From Pachysolen tannophilus NRRL Y-2460 (Eukaryota): a stretch of DNA of 64,000 nt. The notes under the pieces are model-generated. The model was not told the DNA's origin. It searched no databases and was given only the letters and a program-made list of their open reading frames with translations. Below, one piece after another: positions 11,558 through 25,427 of this stretch. Made by a program: the position numbers and the translations under genes. The stretch is taken from the NCBI GenBank assembly GCA_001661245.1, contig KV454016.1:866268-930267 (forward strand). The letters are read 5' to 3'. How positions within the stretch are numbered: the first letter of the stretch is position 1; every line of letters starts with the position of its first letter.

Positions 11558-12706
11558 ATGTTATTGGTGCTTGGTGTCGGTGGAAGGTTGACGTGGAAGA
11601 AAGTGTGGCTGTATAAAAGGTATGGTGTTTCTGTTTCACCGGGACGAAGACTTTGTACAAACGGTGATAATTTGAAGATTGCATTTTTTGGGTCAGATCA
11701 ATTCAGTATTAAATCGTTACAATATTTGCTTGAATTACAGCAAAGGAAACCTGAAATAATTTCGGCCATTGATGTTATAACAAGACACCCGAAGTATGCT
11801 GGGCGACATAATAAGCAGTTGATCGATGTTCCCATTGCCACATCGGAGATTGTTGAGAATTTAAATATTCATAGAGCTGATTCTGGGCAAGATATATTAA
11901 ATCTTTTAAAGTTAAATCAAAATAGATATAATTTAATAGTAGCAGTTTCTTATGGGAAGTTGATACCTGCTGAGTTTATTATGCAATGCAAATATGGTGG
12001 TTTGAATGTTCATCCTTCTTTGCTTCCTAGATATTCAGGTGCTTCTCCTTTACAATATTCGTTATTAAATAACGATGAATTTACAGGTGTTACATTACAG
12101 ACTCTACACCCAACAGAATTTGATAAAGGTGATATAATCTTACAACAAGATTGTGTTAAGATTGACAAAAATGAGACTTTAAAAACTTTGACTGATAAGT
12201 TGGCTGAAATTGGAGGTCAATTATTATCAAAAGCCATAGAGGAAAAATTATTTATTAGTCCTAAAAAAATTATACCAAAATATGAATATTCTTATGCTCC
12301 TAGATTAAAATCAATTACCAAAAAAATTAAATGGAATGAATTTAATGCTTTTGATATTTTTAGAAGATTTAATACTTTGGGCCCATTATATACTTTTATT
12401 TTTTCCCATATAATTAAGAAAAATAAAGAATTAAAAAGTTTCAAAAGGGTTATATTGAATGATATACTGCTAATCAAGAACGAAGATGTAAATAATCAAT
12501 TTGTCAAAGTTGGTGAATTCAAATTAAATAATCACGATGGGAGGCTCTTAGTTAATACAAAAAATGGGTTGATTGGTGTTGGAAAAATCAAATTTGAAGG
12601 TTTTGCAGAAGAAACCCCTGTTCAGTTTATTAATTCTTTGAAAAAACGTTGTGGCAATGTTAATCTGAATACATTCACAGATAATGAATTAGTTTCAAAA
12701 GAGTAA
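11558..12706 (+). CDS. FMT1: Mitochondrial methionyl-tRNA formyltransferase
   Basis: First ATG 11558; IAFFGSDQFS, VAVSYGKLIP, LNVHPSLLPRYSGASP, FDKG motifs; basic N-terminal presequence. Confidence 0.93.
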   Translation: MLLVLGVGGRLTWKKVWLYKRYGVSVSPGRRLCTNGDNLKIAFFGSDQFSIKSLQYLLELQQRKPEIISAIDVITRHPKYAGRHNKQLIDVPIATSEIVENLNIHRADSGQDILNLLKLNQNRYNLIVAVSYGKLIPAEFIMQCKYGGLNVHPSLLPRYSGASPLQYSLLNNDEFTGVTLQTLHPTEFDKGDIILQQDCVKIDKNETLKTLTDKLAEIGGQLLSKAIEEKLFISPKKIIPKYEYSYAPRLKSITKKIKWNEFNAFDIFRRFNTLGPLYTFIFSHIIKKNKELKSFKRVILNDILLIKNEDVNNQFVKVGEFKLNNHDGRLLVNTKNGLIGVGKIKFEGFAEETPVQFINSLKKRCGNVNLNTFTDNELVSKE

Positions 12707-12889
12707 ATAAACACTTTTGTTATAATGTAAAGTTTATTCTTGCAAAAAAGACAAAAAAAAAAAAAACAAAAAAAAGAAAAATGGAACATTTATTTTTAAT
12801 TAAGTAAAACATAATTATTTATTATAAAAAGATGAACAAATTGCCAAAAAAAACAAAAGGAAAAAAAAAAAAAAAGGAAAGAAATGATA

Positions 12890-15800
12890 TCATATAATGA
12901 CTTGGCAATGCTTATTATACTCTGCAACTGCAATTCCAATCTTCTTGTACAAAAATTTCTTGCTTTCAGGATCAGAAATTGGAATAAATGGTCCATCAGC
13001 AAATCCGGTATTATTCTTAACACCAATTTTTATTCCTGTTTTCTCTAAAGACACACTCTTTATTTGATTATATTTAATACACCATTTACTGGTCATAGTG
13101 ACAATGGACATTAGTATAATACATTTAAATGACACCAATATAACATTTTCTTCACCAGGTAGAACAATATGAGCTAAGTATTTTTCCTTGTAATATTCAC
13201 CGTTATCTACATTTTTCAACCAAAATTGGCCCTGAGATTCTCTCTCCGAGAAAGGTCTAATAACTGAATCATAATCAATATAACGTGGTAACCTGACTCT
13301 TTCTAATCCTTGGCCATCGAAAACGGTGGTTGTATTACGAATGCCCTCACTGACATTGGAAGCTAAATCAAAAACTCCAATAGCTGTTTTGGTTGGTAAA
13401 CCAATTAAACCTTTACCAAGACCTTTAAAAAAACCGGCGGTTCCTTCTCTCGATCCTTGAACTGGAGCAGTTGCGATACCAGTTATACCACTAGAAACAC
13501 TATCTACAAATAATGATGCGCCATTAGCAAATCCATATAATGCATGGTTTGGTTTATTTGGACGTTGATTCAACCTGCGCCTTTCTTGAAAATTTTTATC
13601 CAAGGTAGCAGCTGTTAGACCCTTTGCCATTGAGCCTGTAAACTTTGCAAAACTGTCTGAAAATCCGAAAACTGATTTCTTCAAAAAACTAGCCCCTCCT
13701 TTAGCAAGTCCTATACCTAATTCTTGTGGCCTGTCATTCATAATAAAACCCTGATATGGTTCATAGAATATGTCCATTAATCCGGAACTGATATTATTGA
13801 ACAAACCAACAGGATTACCCAAAACGTCAGCAGAACCTAAAATCTTATGGATCTGATACAAGAAAGCTTGCCCATAATGTGTTCCAAAGGATTGAGTCAA
13901 CACAGGAAGTGGTACTCTAACATTTTCAATAAACAAAGCGTTGAGTCTAACGGGAGCATCATTTATATTACCAATTGCCATAGTTAAAATATTGAGGAAA
14001 AACATTAACGTATTTTGCGAGTCCGTTCTATCCTCAGCATCAAATCTTTCAGTACGAACAAATGACAAATTTATTTGGGCAGGCTGAACATGCAAAGCTT
14101 CAAAATATATATCATTATCTTCTGATAGATTCTGTGGTTCCGGAATTTCCAAATTTTCATCCCATAATTTATCATGAATCTCTTTATTCCAACTAGCTCC
14201 TGGAACCTTAGAAAAGTCCAATAAAGCATATATAAAATCTTCATCCATTTCCACTGTCAATTCTTGTAACAAAATGGTTGCGTATTTTATATAAAGTACG
14301 CCGTGACTAGTATCTTTAACTTTAGATATAGAGCCAGAGAAAGTTGGATGGTTATTCATTTCCTTACTTGACTGTGGTAGCACAGCAGGATATAAGGCAA
14401 TAGGATATGTACCACCATATAATTGGTTATCTATCTGAATCCACTTCAGCTTAACACTCAAATTTTGGTAGAGATCGGACTCATTATAGCGCAACTCGAT
14501 GCCCCTAAAGGTAATATAGCATAATTCTTGCAACTTTCTATTGATCAATGAAATTCCGACACCTTCCAATCTTACAATAATCTTGGAGTAATAATTTTCA
14601 TCTTTTTCAATAGTTTCAAATTTATCCAACTGACTAATAGATGTTGAGGACTCAGACAGCCTTGATTTCAATTTATACATACTAGTTGATGGGTCATAAT
14701 TGGATATAACTAATGACTGAGTTGGTCCATCTGCAACAACATTGAGATCAACTATCGATGCTTCATATTTACTTGTTTGTGGTAGTCTCATAGGCCTCAA
14801 ATTACCAATTTCGGCTAACTGGATATGGCGTTCTCTTGAATGCGACCTGATGACAAGTTCCTTTATATTGCCCGCTGGATAATCCCATGCGTATGGCATA
14901 ACACTCTTTGGAGGAAGTCTATAGTAAATTGGTTTGAATGGTGGAGCCTGAGGATCAATCGGAACATCATTTTCATCAACGTTCGGATCACTCTGATAAA
15001 ATATAAATTCCTCATCACTGAAATTTCTGATAGAGAAAGGCCAACGATTATTTGCATCTTCAATATTGATAAATAACGTTGCTTTTTCCATCAAAATATC
15101 TGCTTTCAACAACACATGTTCAACTCCTTCTTTTAGAACTTTTACGTAGATTTGACCTATGTCATTAATGTTAAAAGGAGAAGACCAACCAGAGTTGGAT
15201 CCAAGGAAGCTCACCATTAATTGCTTTTCTTTATTGCAACGCATATTATACAACGGAACAGTTTTGCCTGGTTCAATTGAAGTCTCCTTGGATGAACCAA
15301 TTTCTGTAAAGCGAATAGTTTTCTGAAGGCAGTTATGTAATACAAATCTTGGTGAAATAGTAATAACTTTTGTAAGTTTATATTTCCCTTCACCTTCTGC
15401 TATACTGACTCCAAGATTTATTTCAGTTTGCCCATTGTTGACCGGAACAGTAATATCAAAGGATTGTCCAATTGCATCTAAACTAAGAGGTCTGCTAGGA
15501 GCAGAATCATCAACTTTGAGAATAGCTCTATTATTCCGATCAGCATCTCTATCAAAGGAGAACATGTTTGGCAAAGATACCTTCACATCTTTATCAATAT
15601 CTAAAGATTCACGAGAACCATCTCTATATGACTTCATGACATTGAATTTTTCACTCAAAAATATGCTTCTTGCCGTTCTGTTGAGAACAAGGTACGGCGA
15701 GTATATAGTGATCTTAATTCCAGCACCATGATTGCGGGTAGAAGAATAATGGATATTTAGAAATAACTTTTGACCGTTTTGATGTTTTAGACAGACCCTG

Positions 15801-18800
15801 CTTTCTGGTTTGAATTCGCTACCCGCTGGTGAATTTATAATAGCAAACTCTGACTTTTCAAAACCAGAATCCAATGGGTGAACACTCAATAATATGAAGT
15901 GTTCTAATTTGACAACATGAATAGGACTATTGCCACCTTTTTTAAGAAAATTCTTCCAGTCTTTCTTATAGCTTTTATCATAAATACGATAAGACATATC
16001 AAACGGTAACAAATTTTCGATTTCTAATGGTGCTGAAACCACAATTTTCATATGTGGGTAAACCTTGGCCAAAGCTTCTTCTTCATCATATTGAGCTTGC
16101 ACCTGAAAGTAAAAGTTAGTTTTATCCGAAGAATTTGTGGATTCACATTTCAATGATTCTGCAGAGTATAAAAGGTTTTTCCAATACAACTTGTTTACGG
16201 ACCAACCAAACCCAGGAGAGCTTATTTCTGGTTGTAAAGCAACTTTAGCATTGTAAACATAATCTATTGGTAAAGCATGTGATTCTCCAGGATTTATTCT
16301 GAATGAATTTTTGGAGATATCTCCATCTCCAAGATCAAAACCGACATTAATTGTTACCAATGTATCATTTTCTATCGTGATAGTCGACTTCAAAACAACT
16401 TTCTTAATTTTATCTTCCCGAAGACTTATTTCACATGTTAGTCTATTGTGAACACCATTTTGAGCTGGTTGCAACATAAATATTTCTTCACCCTCACCCC
16501 TCATTGAAATGTTATTCACTTTAGCGTAAGGTGATCCAACAAGCTCAACACCTAGTAATCCTCTAGCATTATCAACTTTCAAAGTTTCACGTACTTCTCT
16601 CCAATCTTCAAAAAACCAAGGTATTTCCTCATCTTTTTTGACTAAGGTTAAATTTGTACGTGAATCACTGTTATCGTCAATCCAAACATTTATGTCATAT
16701 CCCGTTTGATTCAAAAGTCTATACGGACTATCTTCTCCACGTCTTTTTAGTTCAGAATCATCTGTTATCAATGACGATATTTGAGATAATAAAGCGATAG
16801 AACGAGTTGACACTGAAATTTCAGCCAACTGTCTGGAGACAATATCAACAACTAGAGAGGGTGATGGAGGTGTCGTTTTCGATATATGAAATGCAACTGG
16901 CCAGAGTTCAATTAAAGGTTCCCATGAAGATGTAGAGTAATCAAATATATTGACATATGATTCAATGTTTGTATCAGCTTCTAGATCTGTTGACCAGTTT
17001 TTAGCAGTTATGTTGAATGGCTTTACATTCATATCAAGAACCGGTAATTCATGAACGTCACCAATCAACACTAACCTTAACCCTGATAATTCGGCTAAAA
17101 GTTTTTCATCTTTGATAATGACAAGAGGCTCCTTTAGTGAAGATTTAGATACATCTGATGTATTTGATAATTTGGAGACCACGGTAGGAGCGTATTGTGA
17201 AAGCTTTCTTCTGAATTCTTTAGTAAATGAAGTATATGCAGCTTCTTCGTTTTCCTGCTGGATTTTGCTTTTGCTTGAACCACTAACTTGAGCATAAAGC
17301 TCCGAGGCTCTATTAAATATGTTAACGGCAAGTCTGATATCACGCAAAGATAATCTCATTAACAATGGTTCCACTGACACCTCTATGTTTGTTAAAAAGT
17401 TTGTGTCTGTGGACCCTCTTGAATCAATGGTCAAGGAAGCTGAAAAATCATCAATAATACGTAATCTGTTTTCATCGAATTCATTCATTCGACACATGAA
17501 CATACCTACGTTACTGGTAGATAAAGACATTATACTTTGACTAGTAACCAAGACTTGCTCCACTTTAAAAACAATTGCTTCAGAATCAGTTGAACTTGGA
17601 TCTGCTAATAATATTACAGATGAATTAACAATATTAACTGAAAATCCGAAGGATTTAGAGGATTCATCTTGGGTTTCTGGTGCTTCTGCGGAACTTTCTG
17701 GTGCTTTCCGACTTTGATCAGTTTGGGTATTTTCGTTATTTTTATTCTCATCAGGTAAAATTTCTTTCAGTGGAGTGAATCCAGTCGATTGAGTACTAAA
17801 ACCGATATCAGCAAATTGTTTCAAGGCAAATAAGTAATCTAAAGCTAAGATACATTTTGGACTGTCTATAGATATTACGGCATAAGAATATCTCTTCTCC
17901 AGTGGTCCTTCTGAGTAAAGAGAGGCCATAAATTGATATGAATCATGATTCACTTCTGGTATGATATCCGTAAATTTGTTATCTTTGGATTTTCTAACGT
18001 CCTCTACAACGAATGACTTGATATGTAGATCAGACTTAAAATTTCCATCCTCTCTAACTGCAAGTTCGAGGCCGATATCATTAAAAGAACATCTCGAGAG
18101 GGTATTACCTGTAATATCCTCAATATTTTTGGTGTCATTATAAATTGTTAAAGATAGTTCTGGAATTTTGAAAAAAAAGTCGATCTTTTTATGGTCTGGA
18201 GGTAATGTATTTTCTGGTTGAGCAATTTTATCGACAGCTTCAGTTCCCACATCAACAGGAACTACCGCTTTTGCATCCTGATCTTTTTTACCAACGACAA
18301 TGTTAACATTTGCAGCTTCATCTTCTAAATCAGATAGTGACTTGACTTCGGAATTGTCATCTGGGCCAAATGCTTTTGATATACTCTGAGAGATCTGCAA
18401 TAAATATTGGCACTGAATTTCGGTTAATTTTATTTCTGATCCTTCAACGTCTCCTGTAATTTTCATCATCGGACGGTCTATTGAGCTACTATCAGAATAA
18501 TCAATTTGAAATGATATACCTAGACCACAAATAATTTCAGAAGATTGCTGAAGATTATTCTCAAAATGAATTATAGAGGAAACCTTGGTCGATCTAAGTC
18601 CAGCACTAATGATATTTGAAAACGATTCACCATTTGGAACGTACTCATTAGTAGCATATATTTCACCAAGATGTGCTGTTAAATTATCATAAATGTTCTT
18701 TCCAGGATCAATTAATTTCGGAAAAACAATAATTGGAGTCCTCACTAAAATATCAAAATGAATTTTATTAGCATCTTCTATATTATTAGCCTGATTCCAA

Positions 18801-21800
18801 GCAGCATCCCTAGCCTTATCATAAATATACTTCATTCTTTGAAATTGGCTTAAGAAAGCTAATATTTTGTGAAACGGTTCCTCTGAAAAATTTACCCTAA
18901 CAGAACCAGTATGAAGCTTAACTGATGAATTGAACGAATTCTTATTTGTGGTATTATCAAACGTTTCATATGCTAATTCGGCTAAATCATTTCCATCAAT
19001 ACTGACCAACTTTCTTTGTAAAGAGTCTCTTGGAGAGCCTTCATTTACTTCATCGTGTAATGTTAAAGCACCTATTTTAGCTAGAAGTTTCATTTTCTCA
19101 GGTACCATAAATAAGTTTATATCGGCTTTACTCAATTGTAAAGTCGCCAACTTTATACCATCGTCATTCAAAACAAGAATAATACTTTCTAAATTCAAAT
19201 TGACATTCATTTTTTGAGGTGCAGTTTCTTCCTCTTCTTCAGAATTATGTCTCAATTCATCAGCTGGAGTTTCAGGAGCATTTGGATCAGTAAAAGTATT
19301 TAGAACAAAATTTAACAAAGTCAATAAGGATTTTCTAGTTACTATAATCTTAAAAGCAGCCATGTTCAAATTAACATCCTGATCAAAAATTTCAATTTCT
19401 TTATTGTTAAACTCAACAATTCTTTGAGTCCTTTTATAATTTAACTTGAATAAATGGTCTCTTTTTTCAACATTTTCATATTCATTAAACTCATTAGATG
19501 TTATTAATTTTTTAAATTCGTGAGAAGCAGATTTATCAATATGATCTTCAACATTAACCTCTGACAAAACTAAGTCCACATTCATTTCCTTCAGGGTTTT
19601 ATAAAAATCTAATGCTAAATTTTTACCAATGACGTCAACCAATGGTTCGGACGCTAAAGTTTCTCCATCAGTACATCTCAGTAAGCTTAAATGAATCAAC
19701 TCAACTCTGAAATTAAACTCAAACAAACGTTGTTTCTCGGATAAAGTTAAATCTTTCTTTAAAGAGGTGGTTGAAGCAGCCATCTTATCTTCTTCCTCTG
19801 TTTCTTCTTCTGATTCATTTCCACTAGGTAACTCTTCAAGTTTAGCTTCGTTACCGGCACCAAAAGTTTTAAACGTAATACTTTCAGCTAAATCGTCATC
19901 ATCAGAGAAATTGAAATTAGGAATAGCTTTGTCAATCAATTGCATGAATATCTTATATTGATAATCATTCAAAGCTGCCTTGAATATAGGAACATCACCG
20001 CTAATTTTAAATTTTGGCAAGGTGCTAGCAGTTGATATTATACATAGTTCCACTAAGAATTTCATACTGAAATTATCTAAAAGTAGAGCTGGCTTTTCAA
20101 TATCACTATGTAGTTGCTCAATAGTGGTCTTAATATTCGGACCAATTAAAATTTGGGCATCTTGTAAATGTAAGTTAAATTTATCGTACATCAAATTGTT
20201 TAATTTAGACCAGTCATCATCACTATACTCATGGGAAATTTTTGATTTAACTTCTTCAACTAAGGTCTTATCAGCTAAATCACTAATAACACTTATATGA
20301 CCTGCATCTAAGATAAGTACAGGTGAAGACCAACTTGAAGGATCTAGCGGTGTTATTATCAAAGGTGCTTGTAAATCTAATTTACAATTCAATGTCTTGT
20401 GCTCTTCTAAAGCATATTGCAAACCAATTCTGGTTTGATTTGTAAAACCTTCAATGGTGGATTCCGCGGCATTCATAATCATACCAATGGTGTCTAAGTG
20501 AATTTTTGGAGGAGTGAAAAATTTCGCAATATCTTCAATAAATTTTGGATTATGGAAAATTGTCATACTACGTAATTTAGCAGATAAAGCAGAATCTGCA
20601 GTTCCATCCAATGGATTATTCTCAAATGAGACATGGAAAAAGGGTTCTTCTTCTTCTTCATCAGTAGTAACTTCGGCATTTGCACTATGCACATCGGAAT
20701 GTAATGGTTTAACGCTAACAACATGTTTATATAAGGTAGAATCTGTACCATCTTCAACTCTACATTCTTGCATTTGAAAATTTGCCAATAATGAACCTGG
20801 TCTTTGATATATTTGTGTTTTACAGCCTTCAAATATGACTTCTGCCAAGTTTGAATTTTTATTTTTCTTAATTGTCAAACCACCTTTTTGAAGAACGGTT
20901 AAGACTTCAAATTTAACTCTATCTTTAGGAATATCAATAGCTTCAATTAATGCTTGTTGTTCATCATATTCAATAGCATTATAAAGTTCTTGTCTTTGCT
21001 GATCAGTCATTTGAATGTCATCATTAGAGCTATCACCATCAGCAGAGGAGTTTGGTGTTGTTGCAGACTTGCCTGCACCCCACCAGGAAAACCACCCACC
21101 GCCACCAGCGGTTTTTTGGCTCTCGGTACCTGCAGAAGCTGTTGTTGTGGTCTTAGAAGAATCGGTTGTGGTTGAAGTTGATGGCTCAACAGATGCTGTT
21201 TCAGAAGAATGAAGACTAAGTGCACCACTATTAAGAGTCAAATGTTCTTTTCTGTATTTAGATTTGGCCAATGATCTATAGAATCTAATATCTTCAAAAC
21301 TTAAGATTTCTTCTAATTTATCTAATTCAAGCTGCTGCTGCAGTTTTAAAGTTGGATTTTCAATTTTCAGTTTCCATAATTTCAAATATGAAACACGTTG
21401 ATCTCTTCTAGTTTTAAAGTATTCCCAAGACCATTTGTAATTTTTTTCATGAATTTCATCAAGAACACATTTGGCAGTATATTTAAACCATTCCAAAGGT
21501 GATTCTTCTACAGAAACTTTTGGTCTAAATTTCCTAAATTTATAAGTCTTTGCATACCAATGGAATTTTGAAGCTGTCCATAAAGCGTCTCTATATTGAT
21601 CACTATCAAGATCAATACCAAATTCATCGAAAAACAATTCAGCTTTAATATGAGGAGCTTTTTCTGTTGTACCTTGTTTATTTACTGTGAGATGACCATT
21701 ACCAGATACTGGTCTTAATAAAAATTGAGTATCTTCAGTATTTTGTGAATTTTTTTCAATTAATTCTTGGAAAATTTGAACTAATTCTTCTAAATTCTCA

Positions 21801-22598
21801 GTGAAAATAGATTCTGAATTTGTATTCCAATATGTTGTTAAAGATTTTAAAGTTAATAATTTTTTAGTAAACAATGTTGATACAGATATAAATGCAGGAA
21901 CCCATGATTCATCAGCAGATACTGCAGAAAATTCTTTTAAAGTTAACCCTATAGAGTAAGGATTTTCTGTGAAAACACTTGAATCTTCATATCTAATGTG
22001 AATATTTTTGATTGTAATTTGTAAATTATCTACAATCTTTGTTATTAAACTTTCTGTAAAACTTTCATTTCTTGCTTCTTCTTCTTTTGTTAGAGTTCCT
22101 ATTTTAGGTTTTGATTTATTTATTATCTCCAAATCTTCTAATTTTTCTTTTTTCAACAGCATTTCTCTCCTATGTTCTTCTTCTGCATCATAATTTTCTG
22201 CTAAAATTGGTGATGCCAACAAATAAACATTTTCAATTAATATCTTACAAGGTTTTGCTTTTAAATTTGACCATGGAATTTGTAATGTCAATTCACCCAA
22301 ATGACCAAATTTGACATCAAGCGGTAATTGAAACTTATCCAATGACTATTATTTTTTTTTTTTTTTTGAAATGGTTAGTTTAATAATTAAATCTTATAGA
22401 TAAATAAAAACTTGTAACAAAAGACAACAATTACAAATAATTCTCTTTTTTATATATACATACTTCTTTCTTTAAACGTAAATTTTTCAATTTTACATCA
22501 CCATTCCATATACCAATATTTAACTGTTTTGGATCAAAATTCTCAACATATGCTCCAAGAAATCTATTCAACAATCCCGCCGCAAGAGATTCCAACAT
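12890..22598 (-). CDS. VPS13: Vps13 lipid-transfer protein (chorein family), 2 exons, about 3196 aa
   Basis: Exon 1 22598-22464 ([22 protein letters not shown]..), intron 22463-22346 GTATGT..AACTAAC..TAG, exon 2 22345-12890; Chorein_[23 protein letters not shown]. Confidence 0.97.
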
Positions 22599-23136
22599 CT
22601 TCTTTATATTTCTCTATTTTATAATAAAAGTTTAAAAAAAAATTTTAAACAAACAAACACATACACAACACACTTGTGCAGATTCTATATTGATGTGATA
22701 CGGCGCTTAGCATAAACCACAAATCATGAATTTTTTCCAAAGCGGAAACACTCAATTGAGTTTTTATACAAAAGTTAAGATTAATTCCTAACACACAAAT
22801 ATAATAAACAAATAATTATTAACAAATTATAGATATATTTTAATTAATATATATATATATGAAATGGGATCCTCATTGCTTTATTGGTTTTATATTGTTA
22901 TTTAAAATTCAAATTAGTTAGTATCTGAACTTGGGTGAGATTGCACTACCATTATCATTACTAGGTGATCATTTACTATGATCAAATTGACTTTCTATGA
23001 AGAGCAAATGAGTTAGTCTAGTTTTTATTTATATATATATATATATATACATATGAAGATAAAGAGAGTAAGAGAGTATGTAATTATAACAAAGTTAAAT
23101 AGAAAATAAGTTAAAAAAAAAAAGAAAGTCAATTGA

Positions 23137-24030
23137 TTAGTTGAGGAAATCTCCATTAGTCATTGCGATTTCGTATTCAAAATCTGGTTGAAATTCTCCA
23201 TATAGAGTTTCTGGATCAGCAGACATGTGATATGTATAAGCAGCTTCTTCATCGCCAATGATTACTTTTTCCATGTTACCATTTGCACAAGCGGCTTCTA
23301 CCAATAATTGTGTTTCACATGATCTTTCCATCAAGGTAAAACAATAAGCTGCTTCATCAACGGTTTGACCTACAGTTAAGAGGCCATGATTCATCAAAAT
23401 TGCACCTTTACCCTTTTCCCCTAAAGCTTTTGCAATTGCTTTACCTTCTTCTGCTTCAAATGCAACTCCACCAAAATCAGAGTAAACAGTATGAGCTTTA
23501 TAAAAAGTACATACATCTTGATTAATCATATCTAAAGGTTTACCAAATGTTGACCATGCTTTACCATAAACAGAATGAGCATGACAAGCAGCATTTATAT
23601 CTGGATAAGCCTTGTGCAATTCCGAATGAATGGCAAAACCAGCTGCATTAATTGCTTTTTTAGAACCACCAATAATATTACCATTAGAATCAACTTGAAC
23701 CAAATCTGAAGCTTTAATTAAACCAAAATGTTTAGCTAATGGGTTTATCCAAAATGTATCTGGATCAACTGGATCTCTAACAGATATATGACCTGCAGCA
23801 CCTTCAGTATAACCTTTTCTAGCAAAAATTCTAAATGCACCAGCCATATGTTGTAAAACCCATTTCCTCTTTTCATAAGGATCTGAAAATTTAGGAATCT
23901 TATGAGGATGAGAATCACCTAATGCAAGATTATGACTTCCAGGTTTACCAAGCTTATAACCTCTTGAAGTAGAAGCCTCAACTGATGATGGAACTGAAAC
24001 ATTGGCCGTTTCAACAACTGAAGAACTCAT
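23137..24030 (-). CDS. Class II aldolase/adducin-head family metalloenzyme (Mug14-like)
   Basis: EGAAGHISVRDP, FWINP, AGFAIHSELH, ACHAHS, ILMNHGLLTVG Zn-binding motifs. Confidence 0.9.
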   Translation of the reverse strand: MSSSVVETANVSVPSSVEASTSRGYKLGKPGSHNLALGDSHPHKIPKFSDPYEKRKWVLQHMAGAFRIFARKGYTEGAAGHISVRDPVDPDTFWINPLAKHFGLIKASDLVQVDSNGNIIGGSKKAINAAGFAIHSELHKAYPDINAACHAHSVYGKAWSTFGKPLDMINQDVCTFYKAHTVYSDFGGVAFEAEEGKAIAKALGEKGKGAILMNHGLLTVGQTVDEAAYCFTLMERSCETQLLVEAACANGNMEKVIIGDEEAAYTYHMSADPETLYGEFQPDFEYEIAMTNGDFLN

Positions 24031-24453
24031 TATAACTTTGAAAAATATCTTTTTGAAAAAAAAATAAAAATAATAAAAAAAAATTAAATATTTATCTATT
24101 AATATTATTATTTTTACAGAATATAATCTGTTTAAATACTTTTCATTTTTAAACCTTCCTTTCTCTATTTCTTTCTCTTCAATCTCCTCTTTATATCTTT
24201 ATACCTCCTACATATCTATACATCAAGATGCTTACCAATAAGTCGCCAAACTCCGAATTAAGTAATGACAGAAAGATGGTTTTTAAAATAAAATTTAAAT
24301 AGTAGTGAAAGGGTATACGAAACCAGTTAAACTTTGCCTTTAATTGATATTTATTTATTTTAAGATCTTTTCTTTCAAATAGCAATTGATTTAAAATTAA
24401 AAGGTTTTTTCAAAAATAGAGTATTGAAGATAATTTAATTTTGTGAAAAAAGA

Positions 24454-25233
24454 ATGGTTACATCAACCATTATTTTCCGTACTGATGGTAAGTTTTTTTT
24501 TCAAAATAAAATAAAATAAAGATCATAAAATATAAAGTATATCAATTGAATTACCAAAAATTTTTTTTTGTTTTTATTGTTTACTAACGATTTTCTTGTA
24601 TTAAATTATATCTTAGGTTTGCCATTATCAGGGAGTGTAGATGATGATAACTCACCAGAGTTATTGGAACAGAAAAAAAAGATTAAGGTTATAGTTACCA
24701 AGATATCTTCAAATGCTGAACCTAAAGTTTCAATTGATAGTGGTGCTTATACTATTAATTATTTAATTTTAAATTCTATTATATATTTTTGCATATGTGA
24801 TAAGAATTATCCTAAAAAATTGGCATTTTCATATCTCTCAGAGATTTCTACAGAGTTTAATAATTCTCATGGTGCTGATGCAATGGGTTCAAATGTTAGA
24901 CCATATCAATTTTTATCATTTGATTCATTTATGTCAAAGACAAAAAAAATTTATCAAGATTCAAGAGCACAATCAAATTTAGATAAATTAAATAGTGAAT
25001 TAGAAGATGTTAAAAAAGTTATGAATAAAAATATCGAAGATCTATTATATAGAGGAGATTCTTTGGATAGTATGAGTGATTTAAGTTTTAAATTAAGAGA
25101 CGAAACGAAAAAATATAGAAAAGCTGCTCAAAGAATAAATTTTGAAGCTTTACTTCGACAATATGCTCCTGTGGCATTTGTTTCATTAATGTTTGTCTTC
25201 TTGATCTGGTACATATTCTTGAGAAGAGGATAG
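24454..25233 (+). CDS. SEC22: R-SNARE Sec22, 2 exons
   Basis: Exon 1 24454-24487, intron 24488-24616 GTAAGT..TACTAAC..TAG, exon 2 24617-25233; longin domain (DGLPLSGSVDD, YPKKLAFSYL), SNARE NIEDLLYRGDSL, C-terminal TM. Confidence 0.96.
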
Positions 25234-25427
25234 AAGAAGAAACTTCTATATATATATATATATATATAAGGGTTTTGTTGTATAGTATCTATCTAACCAT
25301 CTTTATTAGGGCGGTACTTTTGCATGTATAATAAATAGATAAATTTTCAACTCTTTTTTTTATTTTTATTTTACTTTTTATTTATTTAATATTAAAAATT
25401 TTATAAATATAGATGATATTTTGAAAA

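Noticed and set aside
22860..23020. Short palindromes and TGATCA repeats between VPS13 and the aldolase gene as a possible ncRNA
   Set aside because: No C/D or H/ACA architecture or tRNA fold discernible
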